62,508 nucleotides of DNA from Rickettsiales bacterium (GCA_040080715.1 JBEBHV010000001.1:1-62508); one strand, 5' to 3'. Counted from the stretch's first letter, positions 1 to 9,590 are shown. The notes: generated by a model not told the origin, from the sequence alone. Numbers and translations are program-made.

Positions 1-757
1 ATCCTATCATCTTTATTACTGAAATCTGGCGACCATAAGCCGGTTCACCCCGCTTACAGCTGCGCCTGTAACTGAAAAATTCATTATCGTTAAAATATGT
101 ATCTTGTGCAATGATATTTATTTGCGAAATTCCGGATTTTGTAAGCCTGTGTGTTGCATAGGCAGAAAGGTCGAAGAGATATTTATCATTCTGCATCATA
201 AAAAACCTAGAATTTTCTGAGCTTATAGCCACAAAACGCTCGAAAAATTCTGCGCCAACCTCATAGGATTTCTGGGCAATGGCTGGCCCAATAGTCGCGG
301 AAATATCAGCCATATTCGCCCCCAGCTGCTGCATTTTCTCTATGGTATTTTCAATTATCCCGCCCATTGCCCCTTTCCACCCGGAATGGGCGGCTGCTAT
401 CACCCTGTTTTTCCCATCGGCAAATAATATCGGCAGACAATCGGCAGTCAGCACACCAAGAATTATATTAAGTTTATTAGTTACCAGTGCGTCTGCCTTT
501 GGTGCGTCTTTATGCTCCCATATATCGGTTACTATCACCGCGTCAGGACTGTGGGTCTGGTGAACGGTACAAAGCGTTTCACCGCCCATTCCTGCTGCAA
601 CTCTTCTGCGATTTTCACTAACTTTTGCAAAATCATCGCCCGAGCCATAGCCACAATTGAGGGATGCATAAATTCCGTCACTGACCCCGCCATTCCTGGT
701 GAAAAATCCGTGGTTTATTAGAGAAATTTTAGAAAGTTCCGGACAGGTGTGATACAT
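1..757 (-). CDS. pgeF: YfiH/PgeF (DUF152) purine nucleoside phosphorylase / laccase-domain protein; 3' end runs off the window
   Basis: Absent from the ORF track because it runs off the left edge. Reverse-strand translation from ATG at 755-757: MYHTCPELSKISLINHGFFTRNGGVS...LTADCLPILFAD...AAAHSGWKGAMGG...FFSYRRS, the YfiH hallmark motifs. Confidence 0.8.
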   Translation of the reverse strand, partial: MYHTCPELSKISLINHGFFTRNGGVSDGIYASLNCGYGSGDDFAKVSENRRRVAAGMGGETLCTVHQTHSPDAVIVTDIWEHKDAPKADALVTNKLNIILGVLTADCLPILFADGKNRVIAAAHSGWKGAMGGIIENTIEKMQQLGANMADISATIGPAIAQKSYEVGAEFFERFVAISSENSRFFMMQNDKYLFDLSAYATHRLTKSGISQINIIAQDTYFNDNEFFSYRRSCKRGEPAYGRQISVIKMIG

Positions 758-867
758 GCAATCTTCATAAAATTGTAATACAATACGCGCTCAATGATGC
801 TATACTGGGACTCCTAATTCAAGGTTTTATAGTTCAAAATAACAAACCATTTACGGAGGATCTAATC

Positions 868-1008
868 ATGGCAGATAAAAACGAGGATTTTAAAGATCAG
901 GAACTTGTAAAAAGAACTGAAGAGGCAGCAGCGGAAAATATCAGAAGAACCGCTGCTCAGGCGGCTCTTGATAAAGCACAGAATCCAAAAACCACAAGAA
1001 CGCGCTGA
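868..1008 (+). CDS. small hypothetical protein (46 aa, below ORF-track cutoff)
   Basis: ATG at 868 preceded by GGAGGA (855-860); translation MADKNEDFKDQELVKRTEEAAAENIRRTAAQAALDKAQNPKTTRTR, stop TGA at 1006-1008. Fills the gap between pgeF and the methyltransferase gene. No family recognised. Confidence 0.35.
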   Translation: MADKNEDFKDQELVKRTEEAAAENIRRTAAQAALDKAQNPKTTRTR

Positions 1009-1027
1009 TGGAATAACGACCAAATAT

Positions 1028-2143
1028 TTATATAATATTCTTCGAAGTAATCGCCAGAACTTTGAACATCCCGCCCATTTCCTCTGGATCAGCCAAACGC
1101 TTAAGCCCGGTTATCAGAGCTTTTTGCTGTTCAGAGTTTGCGGTTTCGCATAAATTAGTAGTGCGGATGCCCGCTCCCATCTGCATCAGAAATGCGCCTT
1201 GCGCTATTGTTTGATGGACATTAACGCCTTCCGTCTGCGCTACCTGGGATAGTGCCAGAAAATCCACATGCGCGGTTAGATCAGCATCACCAACATCTTT
1301 CAGAACATCATGATAGGCATGGTTTTTCATTGCCTGCAAAGTGTCTTTCTGGCTGCCTTCCGTGTAGCCATAATCTATCACCAGTGCCGCCCCACCATGT
1401 TTGGAGATATGCTCGGAAACCTGCCTGATAATCATAATTGCCGGTTCGCAGGTCTCAATTATGTTTTCTTTAGAAGTTGCAACCGCTGCCAATTTTTTTT
1501 CTTCCCCGAGTATTCCTTCCAAATCTTCGAGTATTGACTGCGCAGGAATCATGGAAATAGGAAGCATCGCCTTTTTTTCATTAGTCATGAACACCAGCTT
1601 GTCGCCTTCCACACCCACCATCCGCTCATGCCAGCCATCGTGCTTTTTCACGAACTGGCGGATCGGCAAAGCATCAAAAAATTCATTGGCAACCAGCAAC
1701 ATTGGAAGCTGCGGCAACTCATCTATCGAACCATGCCATTCTACGCGCTTATGTTTTCCTGCGAGTAATTTCCATTGTTTCTGTTGAAGCACCGGACTGG
1801 TTTCCACCAGATGTACAGAAATAGCTTCATGAAAACCGCTGACATTTTTAGTGGAGCGGAGTATATCCGCCATCAGCGTCCCTCGCCCTGCTCCAAGCTC
1901 AACCAGCATGACCTCTTTAGGACTGCCGGATAACTGCCAGTTATGCACGAGCCAAGCCCCGATTATCTCCCCAAATACCTGCGAAATTTCCGGCGCAGTT
2001 ATAAAATCCCCTGCAACTCCCAAAGGATCGCGCTTCATGTAATAGCCATGTTCAGGATGTGAGAGTGCCATATGCATATAATCAGCAATGGTAATTGCCC
2101 CATACCTTCTGATACGTTCTTTTATTAATTCTTCAAGATTCAT
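1028..2143 (-). CDS. class I SAM-dependent methyltransferase, DUF185 / MidA / NDUFAF7-like
   Basis: 371 aa; motifs DFITAPEISQVFGEIIGAW and LVELGAGRGTLM (GxGxG). Its start overlaps the lgt stop by 11 nt, consistent with an operon. Confidence 0.8.
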   Translation of the reverse strand: MNLEELIKERIRRYGAITIADYMHMALSHPEHGYYMKRDPLGVAGDFITAPEISQVFGEIIGAWLVHNWQLSGSPKEVMLVELGAGRGTLMADILRSTKNVSGFHEAISVHLVETSPVLQQKQWKLLAGKHKRVEWHGSIDELPQLPMLLVANEFFDALPIRQFVKKHDGWHERMVGVEGDKLVFMTNEKKAMLPISMIPAQSILEDLEGILGEEKKLAAVATSKENIIETCEPAIMIIRQVSEHISKHGGAALVIDYGYTEGSQKDTLQAMKNHAYHDVLKDVGDADLTAHVDFLALSQVAQTEGVNVHQTIAQGAFLMQMGAGIRTTNLCETANSEQQKALITGLKRLADPEEMGGMFKVLAITSKNII

Positions 2144-2924
2144 ATTTTTTCCGTGTAACCAGATATAGACCTATTACAATCATGGGTAGGCTGAGCAACT
2201 GCCCCATAGTCGTGCCTGCATATAAGAACCCAAGGAAACTATCCGGCTCACGGAAATATTCACATATAATCCTTGCCAGGCCATATAATATTAGAAACAT
2301 TCCACTTAATTTTCCAGCCTTGTCCCGCGCATCAGTTTTTTTCAGCAGCAACATCATAATTATAAACAGCAGTAACCCTTCTAAAGCCGCTTCATAAAGC
2401 TGGCTGGGATGTCTGGGCAGTGAGCCACCATGCGGAAAAACCATTCCCACATAGGCATCTGTAACCCGCCCATATAATTCGCCATTGATAAAATTAGCTA
2501 TACGCCCAAAAAACAACCCAATCGGCGCAGCGCAGGCAACCAAATCCATAAGTCCCAGAAAATTAATCTTACGCTTACGGCAGAAGAGATAGAACGCCAG
2601 TATAGTTCCCAGCAACCCGCCATGAAAAGACATACCACCTTCCCAAACATGTAAAATCTCCAGCGGATATTGCAGATAATGCTCTGGTTTATAAAACAAT
2701 ACATAACCAAGCCTGCCACCTAGTACGATGCCCAATACCGCCCACACAATCATGTCATCAAGCGCGGACTTGGTTAAATTCACAAGAGACCTGCGCATAT
2801 TTTCGCGCGCAATAACCTGCCAGCCAAGAATAATGCCCGCCATATAAGCAAGTGAATACCAGCGTATGCCAAAGCTGCCAAGATGAATGGCAACAGGATC
2901 AATATCAGGAAATGGAATGGACAT
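2133..2924 (-). CDS. lgt: prolipoprotein diacylglyceryl transferase
   Basis: 263 aa polytopic membrane protein; GIRWYSLAYMAGIILGW, SFHGGLLG and FGRIANFINGELYGR motifs typical of Lgt. Confidence 0.9.
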   Translation of the reverse strand: MSIPFPDIDPVAIHLGSFGIRWYSLAYMAGIILGWQVIARENMRRSLVNLTKSALDDMIVWAVLGIVLGGRLGYVLFYKPEHYLQYPLEILHVWEGGMSFHGGLLGTILAFYLFCRKRKINFLGLMDLVACAAPIGLFFGRIANFINGELYGRVTDAYVGMVFPHGGSLPRHPSQLYEAALEGLLLFIIMMLLLKKTDARDKAGKLSGMFLILYGLARIICEYFREPDSFLGFLYAGTTMGQLLSLPMIVIGLYLVTRKKYES

Positions 2925-2948
2925 AGTGCTGAGTGCTGAGTGCTGAGT
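2925..2948. repeat. heptanucleotide tandem repeat (AGTGCTG)x3 plus AGT, directly upstream of the lgt start
   Basis: Read directly: AGTGCTG AGTGCTG AGTGCTG AGT at 2925-2948. Followed by CTGAC/AACTG-rich low complexity with an 11-bp direct repeat ACTGACAACTG at 2964-2974 and 2985-2995. Confidence 0.8.
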
Positions 2949-3034
2949 TAAGAGTTACAAATCACTGACAACTGACCACCGACTACTGACAACTGTCAAC
3001 TGCAAAATTAGACCTACACAATCTAAGAACCTGC

Positions 3035-3400
3035 CTAGTACTCATCCCATGCTTTTTTCTGAACCGGTGCAGATGCAGAAGGCTTTGGAACAACCCCCTG
3101 AGTGGATGGTTGCAACATATTATAAGTTGATGCCATTTCTTTACGAAGTGCTTCTGACGGAGTACCCTTGCCAGCACTCAGTATAGCTCCAAAATCGCTG
3201 GGAGTAAAATCCTGTCCAGAGTTAAGTGTGGCGTATAAACGTTTTATATCAGGAAGGGCTACCTCGACATAGCTATAAATAGAGTCGCCGAATGAGTTAC
3301 GTCCCTGCAGTAAAATGACGGCATGATCATCCTTGAACAAATCCCCGAAGGTATCTGCCCCGCTCTTATTAACATCACCTTCACTCATTCCAATATCCAT
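3035..3400 (-). CDS. hypothetical protein (121 aa)
   Basis: Only long ORF in this interval; composition matches the flanking core genes. No family recognised. Confidence 0.5.
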   Translation of the reverse strand: MDIGMSEGDVNKSGADTFGDLFKDDHAVILLQGRNSFGDSIYSYVEVALPDIKRLYATLNSGQDFTPSDFGAILSAGKGTPSEALRKEMASTYNMLQPSTQGVVPKPSASAPVQKKAWDEY

Positions 3401-3567
3401 AGAAATAACCAGTACTAAAAGTCAGCCATAGCGTATACCATAAAACTACGTCACAGGCAACCAATGGCAGATTATACACGCATTTGTCGTAATTGTACCG
3501 CATTTTTTGTAAAAAACTGATTAAGAAATTACATTAATATTTTATAAAATAATTTTCTTAAGGTAAA

Positions 3568-4149
3568 TTAATGCCTGTTTATCAATAACTCAAGAGCGTA
3601 CGGATAAAGGATATGTTCCTGCCGGTGAATACGCTGATGCAGTGTTTCCTGCGTATCATCTGACAAAATAGAAACTTTTGCCTGGGCGATAATCTCCCCT
3701 GCATCCATCTCTTCAGTCACCAGATGCACGCTGCAACCGCTTTCTTTCACACCGGAATTCAAAGCATCACGCACCGCATGCGCCCCCTTAAAGTCGGGAA
3801 GAAGAGAAGGATGGATATTCAGCATTTTTCCTTTCCATACATTAACGAATCTGGCAGATAAAATTCGCATGAAACCGGCAAGGCAAACAAATTCAATTTG
3901 GTTTTGCAGCAATAAAGCATTAACCGCCATATCAAATTCTTCACGCGAATTATAATCTTTGTGATTTACTACATAGGAAGCTATGCCAGCATTTTTTGCG
4001 CGGGTAAGTCCAAAAGCATCTTCTTTATTAGAAATAACCAGAACAATATTAGCCGGATAATCAGTCTTGCCCGCAGCGTCAATGAGCGCCTGCAGGTTAC
4101 TGCCATTTCCAGAAATCAGGACTGCGACACGGTGTTTTTTCATATGCAA
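3568..4149 (-). CDS. purN: phosphoribosylglycinamide formyltransferase
   Basis: VAVLISGNGSNLQALID, FVCLAGFMRIL and NIHPSLLP motifs; adjacent to purM. The start may be the third codon (4143). Confidence 0.9.
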   Translation of the reverse strand: MHMKKHRVAVLISGNGSNLQALIDAAGKTDYPANIVLVISNKEDAFGLTRAKNAGIASYVVNHKDYNSREEFDMAVNALLLQNQIEFVCLAGFMRILSARFVNVWKGKMLNIHPSLLPDFKGAHAVRDALNSGVKESGCSVHLVTEEMDAGEIIAQAKVSILSDDTQETLHQRIHRQEHILYPYALELLINRH

Positions 4150-4161
4150 TTAAGGGCAAAC

Positions 4162-5217
4162 TTATTTTATTTCGACCGCTTCATTACCACGCGGTATCAG
4201 AGTTCCAATCGTATAAACAGTCTCGCCAGCTTTAGTTAACAAAGCAGAGATTTCCTGCGCTGATTCTTTTTCTACAACCACCACCATCCCGATTCCGCAA
4301 TTAAACGTTCTAAGGAAATCATGTTCAGGAACATTGCCAACTTTTTTAAGCCAATTAAATACTTCCGGCATCGCCCACGAGTTTCTATCAATCCTGGCGG
4401 ATAACGAATCAGGCAGAACCCGTGGTAAATTTTCCGGCAACCCGCCGCCGGTAATATGCGCGAAAGCCTTTATCCCTTGCGGGAAAGCGCGAATCGCCGA
4501 TATGCAATTCTTTACATATATCCGCGTAGGTGTGAGTAATACATCAGCAACAGTTTTTCCGGAAGCAAACGGCGCAAGAGAATCAAATTTCAGGTTATTT
4601 TTATCAAGAATATAACGCACCAGAGAAAATCCATTAGAATGCACACCGCTGGAAGCAAGACCAAGCAGAACATCGCCAGCTTTCAGAGTTTTGAGTGGCA
4701 ATACATTGCCCCTCTCTACCGCTCCCACCGTAAAACCTGCCAGATCATATTCGCCGTCCGCATACATGCTCGGCATTTCCGCTGTCTCGCCACCAATAAG
4801 GGCGCAGCCAGCCTGCCTGCAACCTTCAGCAATACCTTTTATCACCTGTTCGGCAACATCGACTGACAATTTACCGGTGGCAAAATAATCAAGAAAGAAT
4901 AATGGCTCTGCCCCTTGCACTATTAAATCATTCACACACATCGCCACCAAATCTATACCGATAGTATCATGCTTGCCTGCTGCCTGTGCTATTTTCAGCT
5001 TTGTTCCTACGCCATCGGTCGATGAAACCAGCAAGGGATCTATGTAACCAGCTTTCTTAACATCAAATAACGCTCCAAACCCTCCAAGTTCATCCATTGA
5101 ACCAAGACGACGAGTAGCTTTTGCCAGCGGCTTTATCCGCTTCACCAGCTCATTGCCTGCATCTATATCAACACCTGCCTGTTTATAGCTGGTTGCTTCA
5201 TTCTTGTTAATTGCCAT
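4162..5217 (-). CDS. purM: phosphoribosylformylglycinamidine cyclo-ligase (AIR synthetase)
   Basis: 351 aa; [24 protein letters not shown] and GGETAEMP motifs of PurM. Confidence 0.95.
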   Translation of the reverse strand: MAINKNEATSYKQAGVDIDAGNELVKRIKPLAKATRRLGSMDELGGFGALFDVKKAGYIDPLLVSSTDGVGTKLKIAQAAGKHDTIGIDLVAMCVNDLIVQGAEPLFFLDYFATGKLSVDVAEQVIKGIAEGCRQAGCALIGGETAEMPSMYADGEYDLAGFTVGAVERGNVLPLKTLKAGDVLLGLASSGVHSNGFSLVRYILDKNNLKFDSLAPFASGKTVADVLLTPTRIYVKNCISAIRAFPQGIKAFAHITGGGLPENLPRVLPDSLSARIDRNSWAMPEVFNWLKKVGNVPEHDFLRTFNCGIGMVVVVEKESAQEISALLTKAGETVYTIGTLIPRGNEAVEIK

Positions 5218-5299
5218 TGATTTTATCCGCTTCTATCTTGCGATGTTCTACATTACCTAGTATGAATACTGAAGCATACACTCTCATTCAAGCATATTA

Positions 5300-6385
5300 A
5301 TGATGAAAATATTATATTTATTTATAATTTTTGTGCTTTTTGCTCCAGCAGCTTGGGCTGGAGAAGCTATTATTAACAGCCAGATAGAGGTGGACGTCAC
5401 CGGTAAGGACGCTGTGGATGCCCGTGCCCAGGCTATGGATAAGGGGGCGATGAACGCCTTAACCGACCTGCTTAACAAGCTTTCCTCTCCCGGTCAGGTA
5501 GATGACATCATGTCTTCTCTCGATACCCGCAAAATCAGCAAAATGGTCAAAGGAACCGAGGTTCTGGATGAGAAAATCAGTGGCAATCGTTATCATGCCC
5601 AACTCGTATTCAGCTTTGATGGTGATGAACTTTCGGAACTTATAAAAAAAGCTTCAGAACTGCCCGCTAACGCAAGAGATAACGCTATAAACTCTTTTCT
5701 GATAATACCTTCCTACCAGGAAGGTACGCAGGTGATTCTATGGGAAGATGCAAATCCGTGGCGTTCGATATGGAGAAACGTCGCCTTGGAAAATCCTGCC
5801 GGTGATATCATAGTTCCTTTCGGCGATGCCAAAGATAACAGTACCATTGATGTCGGGGATATTAATACGACTAACTATTCATCATTAGCACCGATGATTA
5901 TTCGTTATGGAATCAGTGATATAGTTATTGTTCAGGCAAAACTTGTACAGAAGCCAGACATGATTCTATCAGTAATTAAACGCCGAATTTCACGCAACAG
6001 TAGTGAAATAAATGCCCTAAGCTATCGTGCTGATCCGCAGGAAACCCGTGACCTGCTGTTAGCGCGCGCTGCCCGTGATATTATAACCGGTTTGCAGCAT
6101 AAAAAAACTGAAGACGTATCTACCTTGCAAGTGGTAAGGGGTGGCGAACGCAACAAAATTATGATGCTGGCGAGCATTTCTACTTTAGGAACATGGACCT
6201 CCCTACGCAGCAAACTCTCATCCTTGCCGATGGTTGATCGATTAGAATTACTTGCAGTTTCTCCAAAACAGGTAGATATGATATTACATTATCGCGGTGC
6301 TTCCGATTCACTTGCCAGAGCAATTACTGCGAATAAAATAAGATTATTACAAGGCAAAGACTATTGGACGGTATCACGTGACTGA
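5300..6385 (+). CDS. secreted protein, DUF2066-like (assignment from recalled purM/AI-2E gene neighbourhood)
   Basis: 361 aa with an N-terminal signal peptide MMKILYLFIIFVLFAPAAWAGEA. Divergent from purM and overlaps the AI-2E gene by 8 nt. Confidence 0.6.
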   Translation: MMKILYLFIIFVLFAPAAWAGEAIINSQIEVDVTGKDAVDARAQAMDKGAMNALTDLLNKLSSPGQVDDIMSSLDTRKISKMVKGTEVLDEKISGNRYHAQLVFSFDGDELSELIKKASELPANARDNAINSFLIIPSYQEGTQVILWEDANPWRSIWRNVALENPAGDIIVPFGDAKDNSTIDVGDINTTNYSSLAPMIIRYGISDIVIVQAKLVQKPDMILSVIKRRISRNSSEINALSYRADPQETRDLLLARAARDIITGLQHKKTEDVSTLQVVRGGERNKIMMLASISTLGTWTSLRSKLSSLPMVDRLELLAVSPKQVDMILHYRGASDSLARAITANKIRLLQGKDYWTVSRD

Positions 6386-7475
6386 AACAGATAACAAACC
6401 TGCAAATAATAGTAAAATATGGTTGTTCTGGCTGACTGTTGGAATAGTATTTTTTGTATTTATCTATCTGATACGCGGTATTCTCCTGCCCTTTGTCCTT
6501 GGCGCGTTAATCGCCTATTTCCTTGATCCGGCAGCCGATAAACTGGAAAAATATAAGGTTTCCCGTAGCCTTGCCACAGCTATTATTACGTTATCTTTCT
6601 TTGCAATTTTAACTCTTGTATCACTGCTGATTATTCCAACTGTTTTCAGCCAGCTATCGGATCTGCTCAAGGATTTTCCTACTTATTTTGTAGATATGGA
6701 AACTAAATATGAGGAAAAAATTTCCGGTTGGATAGGAACACTTCCGGCAGATTATGTGGAAAGCATCAAAACCGCAGCGAATAACTTTTCCGGTATCATG
6801 TTGAAGTTTGTTGGCGACATGGCAGGTGGCTTGTTTCAATCGGGAATGGCGATAATTAATATTTTATCTTTAATACTTATCACGCCTGTTATCGCTTTCT
6901 ACCTGCTTCGTGACTGGGATGTAATCACCGCACAATTTCACTCTCTACTTCCCCGCAAACATGAACAAACTATCCGTGAGCAGATGGCGATTATTGACGC
7001 AACACTTGCCGGATTTATTCGCGGACAGATAAATGTGTGCTTATTCCTTGGTGTATTTTATGCCATAGGCCTTTCAGTAGTTGGTCTGAAATTTGGTATT
7101 CTTATTGGTATGCTAACCGGTATTCTTGCTATTATTCCATATGCAGGATTGTTATTCAGTATGGCAATCGGGCTGACAGTTGCGTTTTTTCAATTCGGCA
7201 CATGGGAAGGAATGCTCCCGGTTTTGATTGTGTTTGTCGTAGGGCAGGTAATAGAGGGAAATTTCATAACTCCGAAATTAGTTGGTGAAAAAGTTGGCCT
7301 GCATCCTGCATGGATTATTTTTGGCTTGCTTGCCGGAACGGCACTTTTTGGCTTTGTCGGTGTATTGATCGCTATTCCGGTTACTGCCGTAATCGGTGTG
7401 TTAATTCGCTTTACTTTGTCACGTTACCTGTCCAGCAGATATTATAATGGCGGCATGCAGAAGATATCCATGTAG
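6378..7475 (+). CDS. AI-2E family transporter (PerM/YdiK-like permease)
   Basis: 365 aa, about 8 predicted TM segments; C-terminal region ...QVIEGNFITPKLVGEKVGLHP... typical of the AI-2E/UPF0118 family. Confidence 0.85.
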   Translation: MTETDNKPANNSKIWLFWLTVGIVFFVFIYLIRGILLPFVLGALIAYFLDPAADKLEKYKVSRSLATAIITLSFFAILTLVSLLIIPTVFSQLSDLLKDFPTYFVDMETKYEEKISGWIGTLPADYVESIKTAANNFSGIMLKFVGDMAGGLFQSGMAIINILSLILITPVIAFYLLRDWDVITAQFHSLLPRKHEQTIREQMAIIDATLAGFIRGQINVCLFLGVFYAIGLSVVGLKFGILIGMLTGILAIIPYAGLLFSMAIGLTVAFFQFGTWEGMLPVLIVFVVGQVIEGNFITPKLVGEKVGLHPAWIIFGLLAGTALFGFVGVLIAIPVTAVIGVLIRFTLSRYLSSRYYNGGMQKISM

Positions 7476-7522
7476 TCGGAAGCGGCGATAAGTCAACAAA
7501 CTGATAGCCTGAAAAAGTGGTA

Positions 7523-7918
7523 TTATTCTTGCGGAGGGAAGCGTTCGAATTCAGGCAATGTACCCACTTCGGTCAGCCAAGAAATTCGCTCAGCAGTTTG
7601 AATGTGACACCGCGCGGGTAATTGGTTGGGATCATCCAGCGTGCCTGTTTGAATGTCGATAATGCCTGGCAGAATTTCTGCATTTTTATAGAAAAGCCCT
7701 GTTCCACAATCGGGGCAAAATTCTCTGCGACCATGCTCGGATGATTTGTAGGTTTTTGTTTTGCCTTGGATGCCCACCTGATTCTCTAGAAACATTGCCC
7801 AACCAACCATCGGCGCACCCGCATGACGGCGACAATCGCTACAGTGGCAGAGTGCATGGGTGATTGATTCGCCCGTAGTTTCATAACGCACAGCACCACA
7901 ATGACAGCCACCTTTCAT
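7523..7918 (-). CDS. GFA family protein (glutathione-dependent formaldehyde-activating / CENP-V fold)
   Basis: 131 aa; CHCGAVRYE, CHCSDCRR and FCPDCGT zinc-binding Cys motifs. First gene on the GC-richer side of the compositional break. Confidence 0.8.
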   Translation of the reverse strand: MKGGCHCGAVRYETTGESITHALCHCSDCRRHAGAPMVGWAMFLENQVGIQGKTKTYKSSEHGRREFCPDCGTGLFYKNAEILPGIIDIQTGTLDDPNQLPARCHIQTAERISWLTEVGTLPEFERFPPQE

Positions 7919-7932
7919 AAGAATCCCTTTAA

Positions 7933-9090
7933 TTACGATTCAGCCAGGTTTTTCAGCTTGGCTTCTAAATCCACTATGCCAACCGCTTCAATATGTTCAT
8001 CCACCACATAACTTTTGCTGCCTGGATACGCAATAAACAGCTTGGTCAGCTCAAGCGTTTTAATCGCCTCGCGCATGGATTTAGTGGTTTTGGGCGCATC
8101 GGCATATTTAATCTCAAAACCGTAGCGTTTGCCCTGATGCAGTACAAAAAGGTCAAGCTCTGCACCGGCCTGAGTTGCCCAGAACATACAGTTGCGATCA
8201 CCGAACAGTTCTACGACGCGCTCGGTGATGAAGCCTTCCCAACTTGCTCCTAGTTTTGGGTGTGATTCAATCGTGGCGGCATTGCTGAGACCAAGCAGCG
8301 TGTGTAGAATACCCGTATCGCGCACATATACTTTCGGGGATTTGACTTGCCGTTTTCCTACATTCTCATGCCAAGGCTGAAGCTGGCGGAGCACCAACGC
8401 ACCTTCCAGAATATCGAGATGACGGCGGATCGTGGTGTGGTTTTCTCCTAGCGACCGCCCAATATCAGAGAGCTTTGCCACTTGCCCATGATAATGCGCG
8501 ATCATCATCCATAGCCGCCGCAGCGATTCTGGTGCCACCATAACTCCAAGGCGGCGCAGGTCGCGCTCCAAAAATGTCGCGATAAAATCCTCGCGCCATT
8601 TGAAGCTATCTGCATCTGATTCTGCCAGATATGACCGTGGAAAACCACCACGATGCCAAAGCTCTCGCCAATGCGGAGCACCTACTTCATGCAGATTGAA
8701 CCCAGACATATTCACGAAGTGAATTCTGCCTGCCAGTGATTCTGAAATGTTGCTCGCCAAATCAGGAGAAGCGCTGCCTAGAAGTAAGAACCGTGCGGGA
8801 AGCGGTGTGCGGTCAGCCAGCACGCGCAGCACGGGAAATAAGGCTGGCTCTAACTGTGCTTCGTCGATAACAACTAAACCTCGCAAATGCTCCAGCGCAG
8901 TGAGCGGATTTTTTAGCCGCTCGGCATCAACGGGATGCTCAAGATCAAAGAAGGTTGCTTCCTGAGATTTTCCAATGGCGCGTGCGAGTGTTGTCTTGCC
9001 ACACTGACGAGGGCCGATGAGCGACACCACGGGATTGCGCGAAAGTGCATGTTCAATCTGCTGAGTGAGTGTGTGGCGGGGCAATGTCAT
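7933..9090 (-). CDS. AAA-type ATPase with DUF4143-like C-terminal domain
   Basis: 385 aa; Walker A GPRQCGKTTLA and Walker B VVIDEAQ. Architecture recalled for the AAA_14 + DUF4143 family. Confidence 0.75.
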   Translation of the reverse strand: MTLPRHTLTQQIEHALSRNPVVSLIGPRQCGKTTLARAIGKSQEATFFDLEHPVDAERLKNPLTALEHLRGLVVIDEAQLEPALFPVLRVLADRTPLPARFLLLGSASPDLASNISESLAGRIHFVNMSGFNLHEVGAPHWRELWHRGGFPRSYLAESDADSFKWREDFIATFLERDLRRLGVMVAPESLRRLWMMIAHYHGQVAKLSDIGRSLGENHTTIRRHLDILEGALVLRQLQPWHENVGKRQVKSPKVYVRDTGILHTLLGLSNAATIESHPKLGASWEGFITERVVELFGDRNCMFWATQAGAELDLFVLHQGKRYGFEIKYADAPKTTKSMREAIKTLELTKLFIAYPGSKSYVVDEHIEAVGIVDLEAKLKNLAES

Positions 9091-9196
9091 TCTGGTATTC
9101 TGATGATTAAATGTTCAAAATGCAAGGATAATATGCTTTGAAACCCAGATAGTTAAGGGCATTTATGGCGACTATTGCAGAATTGACACCGTTTTT

Positions 9197-9277
9197 AAAC
9201 TTGCTAACATATTGAACTACAATAAAAAAACTTGCATAGCGTCACGGCGTTAGATATGATCTGAGCATAATCGGAAA
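9197..9277 (+). repeat. 81-bp direct repeat, copy A (76/81 identical to 20289-20369); contains a sigma70-like promoter
   Basis: Aligned by hand with copy B. -35 TTGCAT at 9232-9237, 17-nt spacer, -10 TATGAT at 9255-9260, reading rightward toward the tRNA fragments and the integrase 3' end. Confidence 0.85.
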
Positions 9278-9302
9278 CTTAGAACCAGAGCCAAGTCTTT
9301 GA

Positions 9303-9325
9303 CTGGAGCGGACTCGAACCGTTTT
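9303..9325 (-). pseudogene. tRNA 3'-end-like fragment 1 (T-loop GGTTCGAGTCC plus flanking bases only)
   Basis: Reverse complement reads CGGTTCGAGTCCGCTCCAG. No matching 5' acceptor strand, D arm or anticodon arm lies upstream. It differs from fragment 2, so it derives from a different tRNA. Confidence 0.4.
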
Positions 9326-9345
9326 CTAAACGGCCACTTCCGTAA

Positions 9346-9398
9346 TGGTGCCCCTGGTCGGACTCGAACCAACACGCCTTGCGGCACCGGATTTTGAG
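9346..9398 (-). pseudogene. 3' portion (anticodon loop to CCA) of a tRNA-Leu(CAA)-like gene; candidate att core or displaced tRNA end
   Basis: Reverse complement: CTCAAAA (loop, anticodon CAA) TCCGG TGCCGCAAGGCGTG (long variable arm) GTTGG TTCGAGT CCGAC CAGGGGC A CCA. The required 5' acceptor strand GCCCCTG and the D arm are absent upstream. Confidence 0.65.
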
Positions 9399-9590
9399 TC
9401 AGACATAGAGGCATCCCGTTGATGCACTATATAACCCTACAATCCACTATAAGACAAGATTTTTCAGGGTGTTGTTAAAATCAGGCATTACTACAGTTCC
9501 ATTTAGTTCGATAGGAGTTTCTATCCACCGTGCCGACTATGTGCCGACTGGAAGACGCAGAAGATTTTTCTGTCGAATGATTCTACCAGA

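Noticed and set aside
279-721. Track ORFs 279..563 (+) and 512..721 (+)
   Set aside because: They lie antisense or out of frame within the clearly recognisable pgeF/YfiH reading frame on the - strand (motifs TADCLP, HSGWKG, SYRR). They have no RBS and low-complexity products.
7933-9090. AAA/DUF4143 ATPase (with the GFA gene) as a defence system
   Set aside because: It is a single ATPase gene with no nuclease, effector or partner gene. GFA is a metabolic-type Zn protein. Nothing in the sequence supports a system beyond location in the island.
9346-9432. A complete tRNA-Leu gene at the prophage left end
   Set aside because: Only the anticodon loop through CCA is tRNA-like. The sequence where the 5' acceptor strand (GCCCCTG), the D arm and the 5' anticodon-stem strand should be (9399-9432) does not pair. 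It is treated as a fragment or att core.
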